From positions 90,732 to 154,731 of the forward strand of contig JALOQM010000001.1 in assembly GCA_025453495.1 (NCBI GenBank): a DNA stretch of 64,000 nt, written 5' to 3'. A model generated the notes under the pieces. It saw nothing but the letters and a program-made list of their open reading frames with translations. It did no database searches and had not been told where the DNA came from. Below, one piece after another: positions 39,034 to 46,941 of the stretch. This stretch comes from Minisyncoccota bacterium (GTDB lineage Bacteria; Patescibacteriota; Minisyncoccia; Phycocordibacterales; UBA9973). The first letter of the stretch is position 1, and every line of letters begins with the position of its first letter. The position numbers and the translations under genes are program-made.

Positions 39034-40135
39034 TATATTTTTAGTAATTCGTATTCTAGCAATTAGCAGCTCTTTATTAAGTGTGCTTCTTTTCCAAACC
39101 GTAGATTTGGTTTTTGCTCAGGTGCCAACAAGTGACACTACTTCAATTGTAAAAGAAATTTGTGACAACAATATTGACGATAATGGCGATAATCTTGCAG
39201 ACGGAAAAGATCCTCAGTGTTATTTTCTTCTTGCTCCTCTCCCTGGTCTTTCAACAATCAATACAACACAAGGGCTTCCTGCATATCTAAAGGTATTATA
39301 TCGACTAGCAATTGGTATTGCTGGTGTTATCGCAGTAGTTATCATCGTATGGGCAGGTATAGAATATATGATGAGTGATGTTGTGTTTAAAAAAGATGAT
39401 GCAAAGCAACGAATTTGGAACGCACTCGGTGGTCTTGTCTTGCTTATCGGATCATTTGTATTACTCAATACAATCAACCCTGATCTTCTTAATCTAAATC
39501 CTCGGGTGCCCATTAAGGAAATCAATATTGAAGAGGAAGTAGGTGGCGATACTGGTGATGTATTTATCGCAAATTATACTTCTCCGTCAGGAATCTTCTA
39601 TCCACGAAGTGGTGGAGCATCACAAATAAGTCGCATTGTCAGCAGTCTTGATGGAAAAGTTACCTACCGCTTTGGCGGTAAAGGCGGCCCAGCACCGTAT
39701 CCAAGTGATACAAAGATGTGCGAAAATGGTCCGTGCAAAAATTACTGCCCACCGGGAACTGTTTGTCTTGATTGCTCTGGATTTATAAATTATATATATG
39801 TTGGTGCAGGTATTGCACCTATTAATGGCGGGACAGGAACGATATTTTCGTCATCTGAAAAAATTACAAAGATAGAAAACAGAATTATTAACGGAGAAAC
39901 TGCTACGTACGTCAACGATATAGCTCTTAAAACAGGGGATCTTTTAGGATGGGTGGCAAACGAAAATGGAAATAAGGTCGGACATGTTGTTATGTATATT
40001 GGTAATGGTCAAGCAGTAGAATCTACCTCAGGTGGGAATGGGAGAAGCTCTGGTAATGGGTTAAAAAAATTAGAGGTAACACAAAAGTATCTTCGAAAAG
40101 AAGTCCAGCTTTTGACAAGAGTTAAAAGACTATAA
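39026..40135 (+). CDS. VirB2/TrbC-like pilin domain fused to an NlpC/P60 peptidase
   Basis: AVVIIVWAGIEYM...AKQRIWNALGGLVLLIGSFVLLNTINPDL pilin motif; YRFGG..LDCSGFI..GHVVMYIG catalytic motifs. Confidence 0.8.
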   Translation: MSNIFLVIRILAISSSLLSVLLFQTVDLVFAQVPTSDTTSIVKEICDNNIDDNGDNLADGKDPQCYFLLAPLPGLSTINTTQGLPAYLKVLYRLAIGIAGVIAVVIIVWAGIEYMMSDVVFKKDDAKQRIWNALGGLVLLIGSFVLLNTINPDLLNLNPRVPIKEINIEEEVGGDTGDVFIANYTSPSGIFYPRSGGASQISRIVSSLDGKVTYRFGGKGGPAPYPSDTKMCENGPCKNYCPPGTVCLDCSGFINYIYVGAGIAPINGGTGTIFSSSEKITKIENRIINGETATYVNDIALKTGDLLGWVANENGNKVGHVVMYIGNGQAVESTSGGNGRSSGNGLKKLEVTQKYLRKEVQLLTRVKRL

Positions 40136-40144
40136 TTAATCATT

Positions 40145-41716
40145 ATGAACAAGCGACAGCGTCTTATACTTATCACAGCAATAGTGCTCCTTGCTCTATG
40201 TGGAGTCTTTGTTTTCTTTTCTATTAGCCAAAAAAGAGTTTCTCTTGAAACTCCAACACTGCGTGAGTTTTTTACTTTTGGAAGATCAAACCAAATTCAA
40301 ACAGAAAGGATGAGTGAACCATCTTCACAAAGAGGAGAAGAAATCGATTCAGAAGCAAGAGGAGGTTCTTTTTTTCTAAAACAAATTACGTCTCGTCCTG
40401 TTGCAGGGGCTGCGGCTGTCAGTGTATCGCGCAAAATAATTAATACAGAAATAAATACAACAGAAAATGAAACTACTGCGCAATGGACAAGAGACCTTAA
40501 GGAAGGTGACACTGGTGAAGATGTTAGAGAATTACAGATATTTTTGAACACCAATATAGAACCTAGTGGTGGTAGTGATAAAACAACCATTGTCGCTATA
40601 AAAGGTGCTGGATCTAAAGGAAATGAGACGACGTATTTTGGTACAGCAACTACAGCTGCGCTTCGTATTTTCCAAGAAAAATTCGAAATAGAAAGCACTG
40701 GGATTGCTGACGAAAGAACAAGAAAAAAAATATTTACACTACAACAAAGTATTCCAAAAGAAGAAAAAGTAACTGCAGTGCGATACGTTGATAAGAGAGA
40801 TGGGACTATTTTTCAAACATTTATAGATACTATTGAAGAAAAAAAAATATCTGGGACCAAGATTCCGAAAATACATGAAGCGTATTTTGGCAAAGATGCC
40901 CTAACTACACTTTTGCGTCTTGTGGAAGAAGATGGTGTAACTATTGCAACCTACGCTGGTACACTTCCAAAGATTATTGAGGGAGGGGATTCAATTACAA
41001 ACATGAGAGGTTCTTTTATAGAAAGAAATATAGAATCACTTTCTTTTTCTCCTGATAAAAGTAAATTCTTTTACCTTGTGAGTTCTGGTCAATTTACAAA
41101 TGGGATCATTGCAAGCGCAACAGGTGGATCAAAGATACAAGTATTTTCATCTCCATTTAGTGAATGGTTACCTCAATGGGTAGATGATCGTACTATCGCA
41201 CTAACAACAAAACCAGCAGCATCTTTTGGTGGTTATCTCTATACGCTTGATACAAAAACCAAAGAATTCAAAAAAGTGATGAGTGAGGTACCGGGACTTA
41301 CCACCCTCTATAGTCCGAATGGTAAAAAAGTACTATACTCTCGGGCAACAAAAAATAGAAACAGCTTTCTTACTGCGATATACGATACAGAAACAAAAAA
41401 ATCTACTGATCTTGATGTGCACACACTTCCTGAAAAATGCGTATGGTCTAATGATAGTATTACACTCTACTGCTCTGTACCTAAATATATAAACGGAGGA
41501 GAGTACCCGGACGTGTGGTATCAAGGAATACAATCGTTTAGTGATATGATCTGGCAAATAAATACAAAAGACGGAATTCTAAAAAGAGTGTCTGATCCTT
41601 TCCAAGAAGCAGGAATCGAAATTGATGGAATACATCTTTTCCTTGATACTGAAGAATCAAATCTTTTTCTCACCAATAAAAATGATTCTTCTCTATGGAC
41701 ACTCACACTCAACTAA
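40145..41716 (+). CDS. Membrane-anchored protein with a peptidoglycan-binding domain and TolB/WD40-like propeller
   Basis: LKEGDTGEDVRELQIFLN..YFGTATTAALRIFQ (PG_binding_1); FSPDKSK and YSPNGKKV repeats. Confidence 0.78.
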   Translation: MNKRQRLILITAIVLLALCGVFVFFSISQKRVSLETPTLREFFTFGRSNQIQTERMSEPSSQRGEEIDSEARGGSFFLKQITSRPVAGAAAVSVSRKIINTEINTTENETTAQWTRDLKEGDTGEDVRELQIFLNTNIEPSGGSDKTTIVAIKGAGSKGNETTYFGTATTAALRIFQEKFEIESTGIADERTRKKIFTLQQSIPKEEKVTAVRYVDKRDGTIFQTFIDTIEEKKISGTKIPKIHEAYFGKDALTTLLRLVEEDGVTIATYAGTLPKIIEGGDSITNMRGSFIERNIESLSFSPDKSKFFYLVSSGQFTNGIIASATGGSKIQVFSSPFSEWLPQWVDDRTIALTTKPAASFGGYLYTLDTKTKEFKKVMSEVPGLTTLYSPNGKKVLYSRATKNRNSFLTAIYDTETKKSTDLDVHTLPEKCVWSNDSITLYCSVPKYINGGEYPDVWYQGIQSFSDMIWQINTKDGILKRVSDPFQEAGIEIDGIHLFLDTEESNLFLTNKNDSSLWTLTLN

Positions 41717-41719
41717 GCA

Positions 41720-42226
41720 CTATTGTGAAGTATAAGAAATTATAATTCTTCTTTGCTCACCTTCTCCTACAGATTCAGTCTTGATATATTCTCTTTCTGA
41801 TAAAAATTCATGAACAATACGCCGCTCAAAAGAGTTCATCGGGTCAGTTGAGATAGTTGAAGCAAAAAACTTTGCTCGTTCAGCGAGCATGTGTGCCACG
41901 CTTTGTATTTCTTCGATTCTTTTTTGCTGATACCCGTCAATATCAATAATCAGATTTTCTTCTAGTGCCTTATCTTTTCTCATATACTGAACCTGCTTTT
42001 TGTTGATGATCTTTTTTACTAGGTGATTAATACAGGCAAGTACTTCTCCATGCTTGCCGATTAAAGAACGAGGATCAGACACAGTAACACAATAGAGCAA
42101 CGTATGCTCTTTGAGACTATGGGGCACGGGCACTACCTCAACACTAGTAGTAGGAAAAGATAGTTTTTCAAAGAAATCACTGATAGTGCTTCGTATTTCC
42201 TTCTGTGCATCCATGTAACTACTCAA
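41720..42226 (-). CDS. Jag/KhpB-like KH-R3H protein (short)
   Basis: LIGKHGEVL (KH) and MNSFERRIVH (R3H); downstream of yidC. Confidence 0.85.
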   Translation of the reverse strand: MSSYMDAQKEIRSTISDFFEKLSFPTTSVEVVPVPHSLKEHTLLYCVTVSDPRSLIGKHGEVLACINHLVKKIINKKQVQYMRKDKALEENLIIDIDGYQQKRIEEIQSVAHMLAERAKFFASTISTDPMNSFERRIVHEFLSEREYIKTESVGEGEQRRIIISYTSQ

Positions 42227-42974
42227 TAACTTTTGCTTGTACAGACACAGTGTTTCCTTCTGTCTTTTTTGCTAACCTGCGACGTATTATGATTTCTTGA
42301 AAAATAGTGAAAATATTACTTGTTGCCCAATAAAGTGCTACTGCTCCAGCAACTTGATATGAAATAATTCCGACGAAAATAGGAAGTACATACTGCATTT
42401 GCATTTGCATACTTTTAGCAAACTGTTTTTGAAAAGATCCGTCATTCGTTTGTTGCTTTTGTTTGGGAAGTGTTAATCTAGCCTGTATAAACTGGGTGAC
42501 AGCTGCCAAAATAGCAAGAACAATACTTTTCCCACTCATATCAAGAAATCCTAGAAATTGTGTATTTATAACAGGCGGAAAGGAGACACCCTGATACAAA
42601 AGACCAGCATCCAAAGAAAGTGCTCCAAGAAAAACCTTATAGAGAGCAAAAATGACAGGAAGTTGGAGAAGTACTAGTAGGCATCCTGAAAACGGATTAA
42701 CTTTATATTGTTTATATAATTCAAACGTTCTTCTAGATTGCTCAAGCTTATCAGTATATTTTTCTTTTATTGCATCAATCTCTGGCTGCAGGTTGCGAAG
42801 ATGTATTTGGCTTTCAATCGATTTTTTAGCTATAGGATACAAGATAAAACGAACGAGTATTGTTAAAAGAATAACAGCAACACCAATATCTCCTCCAGGG
42901 ATTAAAGATACCAAAAAAGCAAGAGCGTTGTAGAGCGGTTCGTAAAAAATATTATTCCAAAGAGTAGTAATCAT
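42219..42974 (-). CDS. yidC: Membrane protein insertase YidC
   Basis: LQPEI, VNPFSGCL..QLPV and LYWATSNIF motifs. Confidence 0.93.
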   Translation of the reverse strand: MITTLWNNIFYEPLYNALAFLVSLIPGGDIGVAVILLTILVRFILYPIAKKSIESQIHLRNLQPEIDAIKEKYTDKLEQSRRTFELYKQYKVNPFSGCLLVLLQLPVIFALYKVFLGALSLDAGLLYQGVSFPPVINTQFLGFLDMSGKSIVLAILAAVTQFIQARLTLPKQKQQTNDGSFQKQFAKSMQMQMQYVLPIFVGIISYQVAGAVALYWATSNIFTIFQEIIIRRRLAKKTEGNTVSVQAKVIE

Positions 42975-43015
42975 TTGCCTATTGTATCGAAAAAAGAGCA
43001 AAAATCAATCCCATT

Positions 43016-43237
43016 CTATACTGGGTCAATGTGGTTTTTTTGCCATGGATGACATCGTGAAATCCTGCGGACTGCACGCAGTGTTCCTGAAATCCATCCA
43101 TATTTCTTAATTGCGTCAATTGCATACATTGAACAGGTCGGGTAAAAGACACAGTTGTCTTTTAGGATGCCAAGTTTTTTTAAAACACCAACACTATATT
43201 GATACATTCGTATACACCCGATAAGTAAATACTTCAT
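43016..43237 (-). CDS. yidD: Membrane protein insertion efficiency factor
   Basis: CVFYPTCSMY and RRISRCHPW..DPV motifs. Confidence 0.93.
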   Translation of the reverse strand: MKYLLIGCIRMYQYSVGVLKKLGILKDNCVFYPTCSMYAIDAIKKYGWISGTLRAVRRISRCHPWQKNHIDPV

Positions 43238-43239
43238 TT

Positions 43240-43587
43240 TTATTTTCTCAATTCTATAAGAGTATCTCTTAATTCATGTACTAAAAGATCATAACTTATT
43301 TTATGAGATCCTTTTTTAAAAAACAAAATACAGAACATGGGTTTTTTTGGCCATAACAGAGAAAGCTCTCGGAGGGCACTATATACTCTACGACGAAGAG
43401 TATTTCTAGAAACTGCTTTTTTTGCGATGGTTTTTGGGACAACAACAGCAAATGCAGTTTGTCTAGTTATTTTTTGTTCAGGTATTACAACACAAGAAAA
43501 AGCGAAAAAACGCTTGTGCAGCAAGCGGGTATTTCTCGTATTTCGGGGAAACTCAGAGCTCCGTATTCTGTTTTTTGACGGGAGCAT
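43240..43587 (-). CDS. rnpA: Ribonuclease P protein component
   Basis: MLPSKNRI and KKAVSRNTLRRR motifs; synteny with rpmH and yidD. Confidence 0.88.
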   Translation of the reverse strand: MLPSKNRIRSSEFPRNTRNTRLLHKRFFAFSCVVIPEQKITRQTAFAVVVPKTIAKKAVSRNTLRRRVYSALRELSLLWPKKPMFCILFFKKGSHKISYDLLVHELRDTLIELRK

Positions 43588-43598
43588 GAATAAAAAGC

Positions 43599-43733
43599 TT
43601 ATACAGAAAGCTTCTTGCGGCCTTTTTGTCTTCGCGCTTTAAGTACTTTTTTGCCGTTTTTTGTTTTTGTTCTGACGAGAAAACCGTGTGTAGTCTTTCT
43701 TTTTCGCTTCGAGGGATTGTATGTTTGCGACAT
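43599..43733 (-). CDS. rpmH: 50S ribosomal protein L34 (below the ORF-track cutoff)
   Basis: [44 protein letters not shown]. Confidence 0.95.
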   Translation of the reverse strand: MSQTYNPSKRKRKTTHGFLVRTKTKNGKKVLKARRQKGRKKLSV

Positions 43734-43797
43734 GTGGGTAGTCTAGCGTATTATTAAGAATAAGGCAATTAGCTTTTTTACTACTCTCAGATTTTAG

Positions 43798-43817
43798 TTA
43801 TACACATATTATCAACA
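43798..43817 (+). promoter_or_regulatory. DnaA boxes upstream of dnaA
   Basis: TTATACACA (43798) and TTATCAACA (43809). Confidence 0.7.
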
Positions 43818-43897
43818 AAGTAATCCAGTGATTGTATTTTTTTATCAATCAACACCCATACTATAATGATTCCCAATAGCCACTGGCTAAAAAACCT

Positions 43898-45253
43898 ATG
43901 ATTGATTCAAAAAGAATTTGGGACACCGCCCTTACTGAAATAGAAGCTGTTGTTTCAAAAGCGAATTTTAATACTTGGTTTAAAAATACCCGTATTGTAC
44001 GTGAAGATGGAGGTACTATATTTATAGGAGTACCAAATGAATTTGTCAAAGATTGGTTGAACAAAAAATATCATAAATTGATAGCAAAAACACTCAGGGA
44101 CTCCTATGAGCAACTGCGTTCTGTTGAATATATTATTGCTAAATATGACCAAAAAGAAGAAAAACAAGAACCTGTCAAAGAGCACACAGTGACCATAAAC
44201 AAAGAACTTCCTTTGGGGGACTTGTACATAAACAAAGAGGACAACCTTAATCCCAAATATACTCTTGATGCATTCATTGTGGGTTCTTTTAATGAACTCG
44301 CGCATGCTGCATCACAAGCAATCATCCAAAATCCTGGCACGAATTACAATCCTTTTTTTATCTACGGCGGCACTGGTCTTGGAAAAACACACTTAATTCA
44401 AGCTGTAGGTAATGAAATAAAGAAAAAATTTTCTGACAAAAAAGTACACTACGTCTCATTTGAAAAATTTTCAAATGATTACATCAGTGCTGTTCAAAAC
44501 AAAACTATAAATATATTTAAAGAAAAATATAGAAAATACGATCTTCTTATTATTGATGATATTCAATTCATAACTGGTAAAGAAAAAACACAAGATGAAT
44601 TGTTTCATTTGTTTAATACTTTATACGAAAAAAATAAGCAAATTGTCTTTTCATCAGATAAACACCCAAACTTTATTATTGGACTTGAAGATCGTCTCAA
44701 GTCACGTTTCTCCGCTGGGATGATAGTAGATGTGCAAGAACCTGATTATGAATCACGTGTCGCTATTTTAAAGGCAAAAGCACGTGCTAATGGGCTTGAA
44801 ATAGGGGATGATATTATTGATTATCTTGCTTCTTCAATACAAGGAAACATTCGTGAACTTGAAGGGACACTAAATTCAATTATCTGTCATATTCAACTCA
44901 AACAGCGACCTCTTTCGGTACTCGAAGTAAAATCACTTATAAAAAACAATATAAAACCAAAGAAAAATGTAGCAGTAAAGGATGTAGTAAAAACAATTGC
45001 TGATTTTTTCAACATAGAAGAAAACACTATTTACGAAAAAACAAGAAGAAAAGAGATAGTAAAAGCACGACAAATAACAATGTATGTACTCCGTGAGGAT
45101 TTCAATGTGTCATATCCATCAATAGGACAAAAACTTGGTGGAAAAGATCACACAACTGTAATTCATTCTTGTTTAAAAATAAAAAATGATCTTAAAAACA
45201 ATCCTTTACTTGTACAAGAAATAGAACAGATACGAGCGTTGTTTAAAAGTTGA
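43898..45253 (+). CDS. dnaA: Chromosomal replication initiator DnaA
   Basis: YGGTGLGKTH, DDIQF, NIRELEG and GGKDHTTVIHS motifs. Confidence 0.99.
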   Translation: MIDSKRIWDTALTEIEAVVSKANFNTWFKNTRIVREDGGTIFIGVPNEFVKDWLNKKYHKLIAKTLRDSYEQLRSVEYIIAKYDQKEEKQEPVKEHTVTINKELPLGDLYINKEDNLNPKYTLDAFIVGSFNELAHAASQAIIQNPGTNYNPFFIYGGTGLGKTHLIQAVGNEIKKKFSDKKVHYVSFEKFSNDYISAVQNKTINIFKEKYRKYDLLIIDDIQFITGKEKTQDELFHLFNTLYEKNKQIVFSSDKHPNFIIGLEDRLKSRFSAGMIVDVQEPDYESRVAILKAKARANGLEIGDDIIDYLASSIQGNIRELEGTLNSIICHIQLKQRPLSVLEVKSLIKNNIKPKKNVAVKDVVKTIADFFNIEENTIYEKTRRKEIVKARQITMYVLREDFNVSYPSIGQKLGGKDHTTVIHSCLKIKNDLKNNPLLVQEIEQIRALFKS

Positions 45254-45491
45254 TAGCAGTGTGTATAGACTGTTAAAAAAATAAACAATATATGTGAATT
45301 AAGAAGAGTAATTATGTAAAACAAACCATCTATTCAAACACAGCACACAACACAGTATTGTTTTTACACACATATGTATATCAATCTATATTAAAATGTT
45401 CAGTAATAACAACACTATTAGTATCTATCCACATATCCACAGGTCTTTATAGTAGTAGTATGTATTTAATTAATAAATAATATAAAAATAT
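45254..45491. other. Probable oriC unwinding region
   Basis: DnaA-box variants TGTGTATAG (45260) and tandem CTATCCACA/ATATCCACA (45425-45441), then TAGTAGTAG DnaA-trios (~45450) and an AT-rich tract. Confidence 0.75.
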
Positions 45492-46589
45492 ATGAAAATA
45501 GAATGCTCAGCAGAAAAACTAAAAAATGGACTTATGCTAGCTGAGCGTATAACCGGAAAAAATCTCAGTCTTCCTGTTTTAAATTCAGTTCTTATAGATG
45601 GCTCAAGGAAATCGTTAAAAATAAGAGCCACAAATCTCAGTCTTGGTATTGAAATAGAAATTCCAGGAAAGATTACAGTTCCAGGAATCGTTGCTGTTCG
45701 TGGAAATGTTATTACGAGTGTATTTTCGAACATTACGACCAGTTCTCAGGTGGTACTTGAAACAGCAAATGATAATTTGGTAGTTGAGACAAAAAAAGAC
45801 AAACTAGTCTTGAAAAGCCAACCTACAGATGATTTTCCAACCCTACCGTCCGTTTCAGGTGTTGAGTTTTCACTACCAGCACATTCCTTTATTGAAGGGC
45901 TTAAATCGGTGTATTATAGTGCTGCTGTTTCTGATATAAAACAAGAAATAGCCACTGTATACATATATCCAGATGGAGAGTATTTAGTTTTCGTTTCTAC
46001 AGACTCGTTTAGGTTGGCTGAGAAAAAAATTAAAATAAAGAAAATCACTGAATTTGAGGGGTTTCTTATTCCATTTAAAAATATAAACGAAATAATAAGA
46101 ACGTTTAGTGGTCTTGATGAGGATATTCGTATAATAATAAGTAAAAATCAAGTCTCTTTTTTTACCCAGTATATATATCTCACCTCTCGTGTTATAGATG
46201 GAGTGTTTCCAGATTATAAACAAATTTTACCCAAAGAATTTAAAAGTACTCTTGTGGTGCTTCGAGAAGATCTTCTGGCAGCACTTAAGATGGCAACTGT
46301 TTTTTCTGACTCATTCAATCAGATTACACTTTCGCTTATGCCAAAAGAGAAAAAAGTTGAGATCTATGCAAAGAGTGCCGATATAGGAGAAAATAGAACC
46401 GCACTTGATGCCGCGGTGAATGGTGAGTCTGTTGAGGTAAATATAAATCTGCGCTATCTTCTGGATTGCTTCCAGTCAATTACTAGCGATAGCGTGACTA
46501 TCTCACTGAATGAATCAACTCGCCCGATTGTAGTCAGTGGTGTTTCAGATACGTCCTTCTTGTATCTTATTATGCCAATGAATCGCTAA
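45492..46589 (+). CDS. dnaN: DNA polymerase III beta clamp
   Basis: ATNL, STDSFRL, GVFPDYKQ and YLIMPM motifs. Confidence 0.97.
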   Translation: MKIECSAEKLKNGLMLAERITGKNLSLPVLNSVLIDGSRKSLKIRATNLSLGIEIEIPGKITVPGIVAVRGNVITSVFSNITTSSQVVLETANDNLVVETKKDKLVLKSQPTDDFPTLPSVSGVEFSLPAHSFIEGLKSVYYSAAVSDIKQEIATVYIYPDGEYLVFVSTDSFRLAEKKIKIKKITEFEGFLIPFKNINEIIRTFSGLDEDIRIIISKNQVSFFTQYIYLTSRVIDGVFPDYKQILPKEFKSTLVVLREDLLAALKMATVFSDSFNQITLSLMPKEKKVEIYAKSADIGENRTALDAAVNGESVEVNINLRYLLDCFQSITSDSVTISLNESTRPIVVSGVSDTSFLYLIMPMNR

Positions 46590-46680
46590 TATAGACTCTT
46601 TTCGAAACCTACTTTGAGTAAAAATACGGGTATGAATATAGTGCTTACAAACAGAGGTTTCTTTAAGAATTTCTAATCAA

Positions 46681-46941
46681 ATGGAATATCACAGACTTAC
46701 TACGTTTTTAGAAAAGATACAGTCGGTTATTTCAGCAAAATACCTAGAAAAAAAGCATATTATAGAGAGTGTGTATCTTTATGCAAAGATTGAAATAAAA
46801 GAAGAAAATATAGAGGTGCAAGGTAACATACTTAGGATAAAAATAAGTGGCTCGCAAAAAGCGGCACTTATTCTCCGTAAAAAAGAAATACTTGAAAAAA
46901 TAAATCTCTCAAGAAAAAACACTTTAGTAAATATTCTTTAA
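46681..46941 (+). CDS. Small protein, possibly DciA/DUF721-like
   Basis: Follows dnaN; GNILRIKIS..KAALILRKKEILEKIN resembles the DciA core. Confidence 0.5.
   Translation: MEYHRLTTFLEKIQSVISAKYLEKKHIIESVYLYAKIEIKEENIEVQGNILRIKISGSQKAALILRKKEILEKINLSRKNTLVNIL

Noticed and set aside
26539-41716. Integrative conjugative element
   Set aside because: No integrase, relaxase, coupling protein or flanking repeats; tightly joined to rsmA and origin-region genes
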